Positions 42,472-55,584 of a stretch of 64,000 nucleotides of DNA are shown one piece after another. This DNA comes from Octopus vulgaris (Eukaryota). The stretch spans positions 163,432,001 through 163,496,000 of the forward strand of contig OX597814.1 of assembly GCA_951406725.2 (NCBI GenBank). Direction: 5' to 3'. Below the pieces are notes generated by a model. It did no database searches, was not told the DNA's origin, and saw nothing but the letters and a program-made list of their open reading frames with translations. How positions within the stretch are numbered: position 1 is the first letter of the stretch; every line of letters begins with the position of its first letter. A program made the translations under genes and the position numbers.

Positions 42472-44591
42472 TCTATCTTTATTCTTTGTTTCAGTTCACT
42501 GGACAACATCCCTGCTTCAAGGGTTTTAATCAGACAAATCACTTCCAGAACTTATGCTTTTCTTAGGTGTGGTACTTACTCTATTGGTCTCTTTTGCTAA
42601 ACTGCTAAGTTACAGGAACATAAACTCATTACAACATATGGTATCAAGACTGGAATACTTCCCCTACGTTTTGGTTGAGGCTATTGCTACACACAGGTAT
42701 CCTAGACTGCATCCAAGGGAAAATACTCCAGTTAATTGGCAAAGATTTCCACCACATTACATCTGACCAAAAGATACTCTGGTACTGAAAAATCAAAATG
42801 ACAACTTCATACATTGCGCAGCATGCAAATTTTCTGGATTCTCATTGGAATTATTTCTGGTTACAAACAAATGAATAAACAGCTTTCTTTTTTTGCAAAC
42901 TTTGTCATCTTTGTCCAGCAGCAAAACCAATTTGTAATAGTTAACTCATTGAAGAAAATATTCTAGTAACATTTTTGATTTTTAAAACATATTTCTTGCC
43001 ATTGCAAAACTTCGATTCTTTCTCTCTCTCTCTTCGCATTACCAAGATTTGAATGGAATCAGTTTTATTGAACACTGTAATGGAGCCATCTATTAAAAAG
43101 TGATGGGTTGAAAAACTAGTATCATCAATAAAAGTAGGAAATTTAAATATAGTAAATAATTTCAATGGTTTCATCAGAATTTATGTTTAAGATATATTTC
43201 AGCATGCTAAGAAATCTTTATTGATAACAATTATTATTATTATAAAATCGGAAGAAAAAAAATTTACATGAAAATAAATGTAAATATAACTTTAAGAATT
43301 TAACCAAGATAAATGTTACTAAATTATATATATATATACATATAAGTACAGAAATATATAATATATAAATCTTATCATTATAATTTATTTTTAGATTATT
43401 CAACTTGCAGTTAAAATTTTTCTTTAAAAATTTTGTGAAGATATTTTTCTAGGTTTCTTCCTTTTTTTTTTTTTTTGCTTTGTTAAATAACTAAAAACTT
43501 GCATCATCAATCAAATCTATTCAAGGTTTTTTCTGTTCTCTCCTCATTACTTTTTTTTTTCTTTTAATAGATGTGATGCTAAAGGCAAATTCCAAATAAA
43601 GTATATAATTAAAGCATCTCGTAGGAAAAAAATATATTGGTTCAGAAGAAAAACTCTTTAAATTACACTATGAAGAAATTAAAAACAAAAGAAAGAAAAC
43701 TTAACAAGAAAACACATTTAAAACATTTTTACTAAATAAGCATTTTTGAAATAAAAACTTAACTGTTAAAAAAAAAACATTAAATCTTGGTTTGGAAAAA
43801 GAAGTTTAAAGCAAAAACATAACAGTTAAATTAAGAAAATATTATTATCTATTAATATTATGTGCACATAATAAAGTTAATTTTTACATACATACCAGAA
43901 TATATTTAAGATTATTTAAATAGTTCCATCATGTCTAAAGTAAGTAAATTTATATACTTATATTTTATTATTGTAAAAGTGATTATAGTAAAGTTAACTA
44001 TCAAAAATTATTAAGTAAAATAAATAAAAGCAATTATAAAACTTAAGAATTTGAATAAATTGTATTAATTAGGTTGCTAATTTTTTCTTGACTTTTATTT
44101 GGAATTGGACCAATTTGATATGAATGTGGGTTGAGGAGAGAGGAGCATCTTACTATAAATCAGAAACAAAGGAACAATCTAAAACTACAGCAAATTGCTT
44201 TAAAGAGCAAGACTATTTCATTGATTCTACATAGTTTGAAAAAAGTAACTAGGGAGCATTAACTTGTTGAAATTTAAATTATATTCAAATAAACGCGAAC
44301 GACTTTTGTTTTGAAAAATAGAAAACAAGAACTAATCAAACAAACAGACAAGCTTTCTAATTTAACAAATTTATTGTGAAGAAACTCTTTTAGAAAAAAA
44401 TCTTGTTTTTCTATTTTTATTTGAACATTTCCCATTTTTTGCCAAGTTAGTATGTCTAATGATAGCTTTAAATGATTTTAGATATTTACATACTTACAGA
44501 GCAATATTTTTTAATAATCAAATACTTTTTATACTGCAAACTACTCAAATAAAAGTAGCAGTGATAACTATTGAGAATTAGGTAACTTGAA

Positions 44592-44835
44592 GTAATAATA
44601 ATAATAATCCTTTCTACTATAGATACAAGGCCTGAAATTTGGGGAAGGAGGATAGTCAATTACATCGACCCCAGTACTCAACTGGTACTTATTTTACATA
44701 CCCCAAAAGGATGAAAAGGCAAAGTCGACCTCAGTGGAATTTGAACTTAGAATGTTAAAGGCAGATGAAATACTGCTAAGCATTTCATGTGATGTGCTAA
44801 CAACTCTGCCAGCTCACTACCTTAATAATAATAAT
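44592..44835 (-). mobile_element. Nin-domain-like SINE flanked by (TAA)n
   Basis: Similar to 18898-19108. Confidence 0.7.
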
Positions 44836-45019
44836 TGCCAAAGGAAATACTACTAAAATCTAGAGTTAAGTTTCAAGTTATGATAGTGTAAATAGTAACA
44901 CTGAGCATCTTTACTTCTTAAGAAATGCTATAGAAATAACTTTATTTCTAGAATATTTTGTGTTCAACAGTGTTCCACTTCAAAACAGACAATATATATA
45001 TATCCATATATATATATAT

Positions 45020-45176
<157 letters not shown>

Positions 45177-46102
45177 TCTAATATTAACTGTAATGCAAAA
45201 ATAATTCTATAAAACTAACAACATGGGTGAAAACTTGTTTTAAACATATATTTTGAAGACAATCTGAGAGGCAGTACAATTCCACTTCTTAATATGGAAT
45301 GAAAATTATATTTTCAGAAATATCATTATGGTCTGGAAGAGCCCTGTAAAATCAACAACTTAAAGGTTAGCTTCACACATGAAATTTAACGAAATATATC
45401 AAGAAATGAGTCCAAAATATTAATAAAATACATGCCTTGAAAATTTTATTTCAATAGCAAAAGATAATTTCAAGTAACCATGGAGTAACTAAGAGATAAA
45501 TATTAGTAGTAAACTAATAAGAAAAGGCGCATTCATCTTCACAATCATCATCACTATCATACAATCAGATAAACACTAAAATTTTACTCAGCAATACGGT
45601 AATAGAAATACTTCTCAATCTAGTTCACCACGAAAGTGTAAAGAAGTCATCCAGTTCAGATGTTTAAAATGGCTGGGTTGTTTTTTTGTAGTTATATAAA
45701 TGCTTCCATTTCTGAATTTCATTTGAATTCAAATTTTTTTCTTTTTAATTATTTTCAGTAGCATAATAATGTCTACAATTTCCCCCGGATTTGAACTTTA
45801 CTGGCAATTGTTTCTTTAGATCAATGTCCATCTCCCCAAAAGCTTTTCAACAAATATGTATTAAAGAAAAAACAGTTTCCTTGAGTACTCAGTATGTAAC
45901 ATAAACACACATACACACACACACATGCTCACACACAAATATATTCACACTTATGCATGGTTCACATCTATATCAGTCAACTCATATGACTGAAATTTCT
46001 TGTGCCAACATAACAGCAGGGAATAACAGAACAAAAAACAAAAAAAAAGGACACTACAGTGACTATATAAGTGTGGTGAAAATTATGCATGTATACACAC
46101 AC

Positions 46103-46161
<59 letters not shown>

Positions 46162-46528
46162 CAGGGTGTGTATGTATATATGCTGAATTGCTAAAAATAT
46201 AAATATATCAAGAGACTATTCCTTTCTAATAAATTAAACAGTTTATGAAAACTCTTTAAATGATTTTGCTAATAAACAAACAAAAATTAAGAAGAAAACA
46301 AAGAAAAGTTTTTGGAAACCATCACCACTTAATAGTTAATAGCAATTAACCTTGATATAACCGGGAAGAAGTACACTAACATCAGACCCTTCGAAGAAGG
46401 CAGTCCTTAAAACATGTCAAAATTTAGTTACAGAATCACATTTAATGTCCAAAATGCATAACGAATATCATTTCCAGTAACAGATCACTCCTTATAGTAC
46501 GTCTTAAAATTTCTTGATAATTACAGTC

Positions 46529-46564
46529 TTACTGAGTAGGAGCTGGAGGCTGGGTGTCTGGCGA
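46529..46564 (-). CDS. SMIM14: SMIM14 coding exon 4 (SPDTQPPAPTQ*)
   Basis: Acceptor ttttctgtttttccag, phase 0. The Pro-rich C-terminus resembles the SMIM14 PPAPP end, followed by a TAA stop. Confidence 0.8.
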   Translation of the reverse strand, partial: SPDTQPPAPTQ

Positions 46565-46639
46565 CTGGAAAAACAGAAAAAGAAACAAAAATATAATTAA
46601 TTAAAATGTTCAGTAAAATTATCATTGTTGTTATTATTC

Positions 46640-47180
46640 TGTGAGCTGGCAGAATTGTTAGTATGCTGGGTAGAAAGCATAGTGACATTTCTCTACATTC
46701 TGAGTTCAAATTCCACCATGGTCAAATATGCCTTTCCTTCTTTCAAGTTTGATAAAATAAGTACCAGTTGAGCACAGAGGTTGACATAATCAACTTACCC
46801 AATCCCCCGAACTTTCTGGCTTTGTGCCAAAATTTGAAACTATTATTATTATTAGGAAGGCAAGGTGAAATGCTTAAAAGTATTTTGCTTGTTGCTTTGC
46901 TCTGAGTTCAAATTCCACCAAGGTCAACTTTGCCTTTCATCCTTTCGGGGTCGATAAATTAAGTACTGGTAAAACACTGGGATCATTGTAATCAACTATT
47001 CCTTTCCCCAAAAATTTCAGGCTTTGTGCCTTTAGTAGAAAGCATTATTATTATTATCATTAGGTGGTGAGCTGGCAGAATTGTTAGGGCAATGGACAAA
47101 ATGCTCAGTAGCATTTCTTCCAGCTTTTTACACTCTAAGATCAAATACTGCCAAAGCCAGTTTGGCTTTTTATCCTATAA
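46640..47180 (+). mobile_element. Cluster of three Nin-domain-like SINE copies separated by (TTA)n
   Basis: Repeated gagctggcagaa / gagttcaaattcc / gcctttcatcc motifs. Confidence 0.7.
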
Positions 47181-49874
47181 AATGATGCTGTGATGCTTAC
47201 ATTCCTAGAGAACATTACTTCACTTAGCCCAAATAAATTCCCATCCAACATGCCAGCATAGAAAAACAAATCCACTTTTCCAAACTAGGAGAATTAATGG
47301 ATTGAAATTCTTTTTAGAAAACTCAATAATTTGCATATCTTTGAAGCAAACATATTTATAATGGAAGTTCTTCTATTACTAACCAGTCAGCTACTGTTAT
47401 TGTTTAACCCCAGCTCAGATCACCTCTGGTCTTATCTTATTTTTCAGACACACTGTCTCTAGGTACATTACAATGTGTCCTTCCTTTTGCAAGATGATGG
47501 AGTATGATTTGAAAATTTGGCTGCCATTTCAAACAAGCAAAGAAATCTTGTAGAAGTTCCCTTGTTATCACATTTTTTTTCTCTCATTTTTTTTTCTCTC
47601 CTTGTTTTTTCTGTGTCCCTTTCTGTAGAAGAGCATAGGCTCGAAACATGAAAGACTTTTTCTATTCCTGTGCATTATACTAATACATCTGTTTGTTTTG
47701 TACAGCACCTGTCTTCGTCTTTTGTTTTCTTCGTAAACTTTCCCTTGTTATCAGTTGTGTTGATTGAGATAAGCATAGTAACTACTCTTTAAGCACAACA
47801 CAGTTGACTGCAGCAAAGTTAAATCCACAATCACAATATCTTTGAATCAACAGCTCAATATCTTAAATACACAATTCCATCATCATCACCATTATTCTAA
47901 TGTCCACCTAGACATGCTCACATAGATCAGACTAAACATGAAACGTTGAGGTAGATTTTCTACAGCTGGATGCCCTTCTTGTCACCAACCCATACCTGTT
48001 TCCAAGTAAGGTAATATTCACTCATGGCCTGATATGTTTTACAGAAGACTAGAAATGGACACAACTGTCAGGCACTGTCAAAGCAAGGAGATGGTAACAC
48101 ACACACACACACGACAGGCTTCTTTCAGTTTCCATCTGCCAAATCCACTTGCAAAGCTTTGGTCAGTCTAGTGCAACAGTAGCAGACACATGCCCAAGGT
48201 GCCACACAGTGGAACTGAACCCAAAACCATGTGGTTGGGAAGCAAACTTCTTACCACTTAGTCACACTTTTTGTTATTTTTTGACAGATAAATGGTTCTT
48301 AATTTCAACTTTGTTGACTGAGGCAAGTTCAGTTTTATGTCATCTGTGCAGAAGACCTAAACAGGTTTCCTATCAGTGTTCCTATTTCACTAAATTAAAA
48401 CCAAGATGGTGAGAATAGAAGAATACTGAGTAGAAAGAAGTTTAAACAAACTACAAATATTATTTTCTGAGTAAAATATAAAACTTTATTTGCATTAACT
48501 TACCAAACTGTAAAAAATTGTTTTCTGAGAGATGACATCAGCACAAAAAAATCAGTTGGGTAAATATTTAAAAAAAAATTTACATGAAATACTTTTAATG
48601 TGAGGTAAACATAACTTTACCTAGACTAAATAATTTTACAAAACACAGGAGACAGCTGTTGATATTTTACATCCAGAGTACTTGCCAAAGTAGTGCTGTG
48701 AATTTTACAAAATAATTGTACTGAGATTATGCTCAGGTTGACATATAAAACTACTATTGTTTAGAGAATAAATTACTTGTGATCATATTGAGCTAAGTGT
48801 TTGATGCTCCTTACATTAAATTTGTTTCCTATACATAACAATAGCTACACTTAGAATTCATCTCAACCACATTAAATTTCTTAAATGTACTGGTCATACA
48901 TTGACCCATCAAATTTTAAAATCTGAACTCTACACTGAGTTATAAACCAGCCTGCTGCTAATCATCCTCAGGCAAAGTATAATTGTTTTACATTTTGGCA
49001 CAATTTTAGTGGGAGGGAGTTAGTTTATTACATCAAGCCCAGCACTTGAAAGGTACTTTATTTTATCAACCCCAAAAGGATAAAAGTTAAAGTTGTCCTC
49101 AATGGGATTTGAACCTAGAATGTAAAGAAGCAAAAGAAAAGCTGATGAGAATTTTAGCCTATGTACTTATAAGTCCACCAGTTTGTCATTTTCCTCTGGA
49201 AGGAGTATGATGCAATTCAAATATTTCCTGGCACCAGAAAATACAGCTTCAAGATAATAAATACCTCTACTACCGTTTTACTTTCTATACAGCCAAACAC
49301 ATTGTGTAGTGTCAAAATCCAGTCAACTAAATGTGATATAACTGTTATATTGAATTTTTAATTGTAGGGAAACATTTGATCTACTACCTCTGAGTAATGT
49401 TAACTGGGATTATTTAGTAGACCAAGGGCAGGTAAATCGTAATAATTAAGAAATTTCCAGCTATAAAAATTTCTTATTCAACAATTGATAAATATAGATC
49501 GCAATTATTCTTTTATTTTATCAGTAAATGTTGGACAAAATACTTGTAGTATCTAATTATATCCTTCACATTTAGATTTCAAATCCTGCTGAGGCTGACT
49601 TTACTTTCTATTCTTCCAAGGAGTCATTCAAATAAGAACCAGTTACAAAGTTCAAGGCCAATACAACCAACTACACTCTCCACAAAAATAAAATTACTAT
49701 TTTTGTAATATGCAATTAATCATGTGCCAAGTGCAAGAAGAAAAACCATTGTTTTTCTAAACAAAATATACCTTTCTAGTATTAACCCCTCAGCCATGAA
49801 TTATATTAATTAAGTCAAGTACATCGATTGAGTCAAGTACGTCAACATCAAAATTGAGTCAAGTACATCAAATA

Positions 49875-50160
49875 TCAAAAAATCAAATGGAAATTGTAGT
49901 TGTGAAACCTGTGCCGGTGGCAAGTAAAAAGCACCAACAGATCGTGGCTGTTGCCAGCCTCGCCTGGCACCTGTGCCAGTGGAACGTAAAAAGCACCCAC
50001 TACACTCATGGAGTGGTAGGCATTAGGAAGGGCATCCAGCTGTAGAAACACTGCCAGATCAGACTGGAGCCTGGTGCAGCCTCCTGGCTTCTCAGACCCC
50101 GGTAAAACCGTCCAACCCATGCTAGCATGGAAAACGGACGTTAAACGATGATGATGATGG
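49875..50160 (+). mobile_element. RTE-tail retroposon
   Basis: Same family as 9135-9415, with a (GAT)n tail. Confidence 0.8.
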
Positions 50161-50703
50161 TGGTTTCAGACTTTGAGCTGCTTTCATGCTGGGGCAATGC
50201 TTTCAAGGTCTCTTAGTCAATTATATTGATCCCAATACTAATATTAGTCTGGTACTTGTTACATCATTTTATATTTATCAAATGGCTTAATTACCTTTTG
50301 ATGTAAGGCAATGCAGTCTGATGTACAGATTTACACTGGTACACACATTAATGATGGGCAACCACAAAGTTTCCATCAACCAAACTCTACTCACCAGGTA
50401 GTGGTCAAGCTGAGACTACAGTAGAACTTGCACAATGTATCATGCATTAGGATTGAAACTAGAACCATGGTTATGAAGTGATCTTAACTAATATTGTTAT
50501 GTTAGCATGTTTAGGAAATTTAATTACCATGGTTGACTAAGATCTCTTGCATAATAATTGTATAGAACATAATGCAGATAAATCAAAATGTATCATTAAT
50601 GTCTTGTACATTAACCATTCAACACCTACATCAGTTTTAGAAAAAGATATTTATGATCAATGTGTTGTGATTAGGGTTTGGTAGACTAAAATTGTGCTGA
50701 AGC

Positions 50704-50764
<61 letters not shown>

Positions 50765-50991
50765 GTGTGTGTGTGTATCCACATTCATGTTTTCCACAAT
50801 TTGAAGCTGCATTCAATTTTGTCAAGAAGCATAACTTAGCAATTTGATAAATAGTGACCAATAAAATATGTACCAGACTGAAATAAGTATTGAGGATCAC
50901 TATGATAGTCTAATAAAACCTTGAAGGTGGTACCCCAAGATGAAGACAGTCCAATGACTGAAACCAATAAAAGAATGCAATATATACTCAC

Positions 50992-51140
50992 ATCTGATCT
51001 CCGGTCAGACTTCATGCTAGATGTGTTCCGAAGACTTGCAGGACGCAGCAGAAATAGTGCTGTAGCAATAACAATCCATCCCAAAGTAATGAACATCATA
51101 CTACTAAAATCACCATCAGGTCCCTCAGGTAAGCTTGGCA
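50992..51140 (-). CDS. SMIM14: SMIM14 coding exon 3 (transmembrane segment)
   Basis: tttag acceptor, gtgagt donor, 149 nt. Encodes PSLPEGPDGDFSSMMFITLGWIVIATALFLLRPASLR.., matching the SMIM14 W..IA..LFLLRP..LR motif. Confidence 0.93.
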
Positions 51141-51412
51141 CTAAACAAAGAAAAAAAAGTTAACATTTTAAAAGGGATAAGTTCATAATGACAGAAATTT
51201 CTGTATAGATTAGCATAAGTTAAATCTATCATTTTCAGTTACTTTTATCTGATGATCCCAACTTGAAAACCCAGTCAAGCTTATTCATTACCACTGTGAC
51301 TGTGGTGTGCCATTAAGGTTTTTCATTACTATCAAATGCGTGTCATACAGAAAGTGTACCCCACCTCTCTCTCTCTTTACACCTCTTACACTCAGTATTA
51401 ATTGAAAATACT

Positions 51413-53790
51413 ATCATCATCATCATTTAACGACCATTTTCCATGCTAGCATGGGTTGGACGGTTCAACTGGGGTCTGGGAAGCCAGAAGGCTGCACCAG
51501 GCCCAGTCTGATCTGGCAGTGTTTCTACAGCTGGATGCCCTTCCTAATGCCAACCACTCCATGAGTGTAGTGGGTGCTTTTTACGTGCCACCTGCACAGG
51601 TGCCAGACAAGGCTGGCAAACAGCCACGATTGGATGGTGCTTTTTACGTGCCACCTGCACAGGTGCCAGACGAGGCTGGCAACGGCCACAATCGGATGGT
51701 GCTTTTTATGTGCCACCGGCACAGAGGCCAGTTGGGGCGGCACTGGCAACGACCACATTCGGATGGTTCTCTTACGTGCCACCGGCACTGGTATCACAGC
51801 TACAATTTCCATTATCATCATCATCATCATCATCATTTAACGTCCGCTTTCCATGCTAGCATGGGTTGGACGGTCCAACTGGGGTCTGGGGAGCCCGAAA
51901 GCTGCACCAGGCCAGTCAGATCTGGCAGTGTTTCTACAGCTGGATGCCCTTCCTAACGCCAACCACTCCGAGAGTGTAGTGGGTGATTTTATGTGCCACC
52001 GACACAGGTGCCAGACGAGGCTGGCAAACGGCCACGCTCGGATGGTGTTTTTTTATGTGCCACCGACACAGGTGCCAGACGAGGCTGGCAGACGGCCACG
52101 CTCGGATGGTGTTTTTATGTGCCACCGACACAGGTGCCAGATGAGGCTGGCAAACGGCCACGATCGGATGGTGTTTGTTACGTGCCCACAGCACGGAGGC
52201 CAGTCGATGCGGTACTGGCTACGGCCACGTTTGGATGGTTTTCTTGTGTGCCACGTGCCACCGGCACTGGTACCACAAAGATACAAATTCCATTGATGTT
52301 CATCTATTTGGATTTGTTTTGATTTTTACTTGCCTCAACAGGTCTTCACAAGTGTCACAAGAAGGAAGGTAAGCACAGGTGGACTGACTACGTCCCAGGT
52401 AAGGGCCACAGGTTATGGCCTGACTAGTCTTGCCGGGTCTTCGGATGGTGTTTTTATGTGCCACCGACACAGGTGCCAGATGAGGCTGGCGAACGGCCAC
52501 GATCGGATGGTGTTTGTTACGTGCCCACAGCACGGAGGCCAGTCGGTGCGGTACTGGCTACGGCCACGTTCAGATGGTTTTCTTGTGTGCCACCGGCACT
52601 GGTACCACAAAGATACAAATTCCATTAATGTTCATCTATTTTGATTTGTTTTGATTTGATTTGATTTGTTTTGATTTGATTTTGATTTTGATTTTCACTT
52701 GCCTCAACAGGCCTTCACAAGTATCACAAGGAGGAAGGTATGCACAGGTGGACTGACTACGTCCCAGGTAGGGGCCATGGGATATGGCCTGACTAGTCTT
52801 GCCGGGTCTTCGGATGGTGTTTTTATGTGCCACCGACACAGGTGCTAGATGAGGCTGGCGAACGGCCACGATCGGATGGTGTTTGTTATGTGCCCACAGC
52901 ACGATGGCCAGTCGATGCGGTACTGACTACGGCCACGTTCGGATGGATTTCTTGTGTGCCACCGGCACTGGTACCACAAAGATACAAATTCCATTGATGT
53001 TCATCTATTTTGATTTGATTTGATTTTCACTTGCCTCAACAGGTCTTCACAAGTGTCACAAGAGGAAGGTATGCACAGGTGGACTGACTAGTCTTGCCGG
53101 GTCTTCGGAATGTGTTTTTATGTGCCACCGACACAGGTGCCAGATGAGGCTGGCGAACGGCCATGATCGGATGGTGTTTGTTACGTGCCCACAGCACGGA
53201 GGCCAGTCGATGCGGAACTGGCTACGGCCACGTTCGGATGGTTTTCTCGTGTGCCACCGGCACTGGTACCACAAAGATACAGATTCCATTGATGTTCATC
53301 TATTTTGATTTGTTTTGATTTTCACTTGCCTCAACAGGTCTTCACAAGTGTCACAAGAAGGAAGGTATGCACAGGTGGACTGACTATGTCCCAGGTAGGG
53401 GCCATGGGTTATGGCCTGACTAGTCTTGCCGGGTCTTCGGATGGTGTTTTTATGTGCCACCGACACAGGTGCTAGATGAGGCTGGCGAACGGCCACGATC
53501 GGATGGTGTTTGTCATGTGCCCACAGCACGGAGGCCAGTCGATGCGGTACTGGCTACGGCCACTTTCGGATGATTTTCTTGTGTGCCACCGGCACTGGTA
53601 CCACAAAGATACAAATTCCATTGATGTTCATCTATTTTGATTTGTTTTGATTTGATTTTGATTTTCACTTGCCTCAACAGGCCTTCACAAGTATCACAAG
53701 GAGGAAGGTATGCACAGGTGGACTGACTACGTCCCAGGTAGGGGCCATGGGTTATGGCCTGACTAGTCTTGCCGGGTCTTTCGATGGTGT
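51413..53790 (-). repeat. RTE-tail retroposon copies plus a tandem array of ~295-370-bp units
   Basis: The anchor ggtcttcgga recurs at ~52436, 52805, 53100 and 53431, with a variant at ~53775. Internal ~60-bp subrepeats lie at 51992-52170. Confidence 0.9.
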
Positions 53791-54319
53791 TGATGATATT
53801 AATTAATGACAATGAACTTCGATGTCAGTTTTGATGTGTGAGTGTCTAATTGTTTAACTGAACAACTTGCAGTACAGAATGACTGGGAATTTCAGAGACT
53901 CATATCCCAAATGCAATTCTCAGAAGCAGTATGCTAAACAAAGCTGGAACTTTGAACTACATATATAGTCCATCCAACAGGCTTCTACATCCTTTCTTTT
54001 AACTCAGATTCATCCACAAGATTTAGGTCAACTCAAGGCTACCGTAAAAGACATTTGCTCAAAAGGCCATGCAGTAAGATGCTCAAAAGGCCATGCATTA
54101 AGATGCACAATTGCAAAGTGAACGTTACCACATGACCATATCTGGCACCACTACTATCATATATTGTTGATACAGAAATGACCTTTAGCAGTCTCATCAA
54201 ATTCAGATTAACACAAAAGGGAATTAGTAAAACAGTGCATTGCCAAACAGAAATAGTTATGACAAAAGTAGAGAGCTAATAAAATGACTATTTAAGTATT
54301 TAAGTTATGTTTCTCCTGT

Positions 54320-54628
54320 TACTAGCGTCACCTTACTGGCACCTGTGGTTACTAGCGTTGCCTTACTGGCACCTGTGCCGGTGGCACGTGTAAAAAGATT
54401 TGAGCGAGGTCGTTGCCAGTACCGCCTGACTGGCCCCGTGCTGGTGGCACGTAAAAAGCACCCACTACACTCACGGAGTGGTTGGCGTTAGGAAAGGCAT
54501 CGAGCAGTAGAAACTCTGCCAGATCAAGATTAGAGCCTGGTGAGGCCATCTGGTTCACCAGTCCTCAGTCAAAATCGTCCAACCTATGCTAGCATGGAAA
54601 ACGGACATTAAATGATGATGATGATGAT
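54320..54628 (+). mobile_element. RTE-tail retroposon
   Basis: Same tail family, ending in (GAT)n. Confidence 0.75.
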
Positions 54629-55142
54629 CAGAATATCTGTAGAAGACAAATGCAAATATTAGTCTTGGTAAAAAGGTTTTTCCATAAACTGCCACTAAAA
54701 TGTTTATACTGCTACATAAGTAATGACTTGTATGTAAAGTATTATCAGGCATTCATGGAAAAAGAGTGCAAACATCTGTTGAATGAAAAAAATAATTGAA
54801 TTTGATGCAAATGATTAGGCTCAGGAAGCCTTGATTAAGTAGAGCTATGTTCAAAGGCTAACCAGCTGTGACCAGCATGTCTTTTAGGTAAATGCAAAAC
54901 TACGAAGGTCATGAGTTATATCCTCCTCCTCTGATTGATAAACGTTTTGTATCTTTATTGTTTAAGAAGTTACTTTTTTAAAGCTTTCTCATTATTGTTA
55001 TTTATTTACATCTAAAGCAAGAGTATAGCTGTCTCTATCTACATTATTCATTTCTTTATTATTGTACAGCTGTTAGGAAAAATAAGGCAAAATTGGTAAA
55101 CGAGAGACAAGTACTAGTTAGCTGACAAATTATCCTATAGAT

Positions 55143-55328
55143 CAGCGGTTCCCAATGTTTTTGTACACGTGACCCCTTACCCAAAAGCTTGAAACCTGCG
55201 CAACCCCATAGTATAAGCAGCCCTTGATTTACATTTTAATTAATTAATATTATCCCAAGACACTTCTAGCAAGGCTACGCGACCCCCCCCAGGGGGGGGG
55301 TGCGGAAACCACCAATTGGGAACCCCTG
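55143..55328. mobile_element. hAT-type MITE, 186 bp
   Basis: TIRs cagcggttcccaa / ttgggaacccctg and a perfect 8-bp TSD CTATAGAT (55135-55142, 55329-55336). Confidence 0.9.
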
Positions 55329-55584
55329 CTATAGATGGTGAGAAAAAACATAAATCTGGAGGAGAAAATAGTTTCATAGAATTTAGGTATGTCATAGGTA
55401 CACAGAGGTTAACTGAGATTCAGCTAGGACTGCCAAATAGGGGAGTTGGATTATAGTATTTTTCAGAGATACGTATTTTTTTATTTTCAATTTAGGCTAC
55501 CAGCTACTTTAAAACTTTGTATTTAAAAAAAAAAAAAGAATCCTATTAAATATCAAATTAAGTTTCTATGAGAATGAGATGAGC

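Noticed and set aside
51456-53812. Cys/His-rich repeated ORFs
   Set aside because: They are chance frames on both strands of a non-coding tandem repeat.
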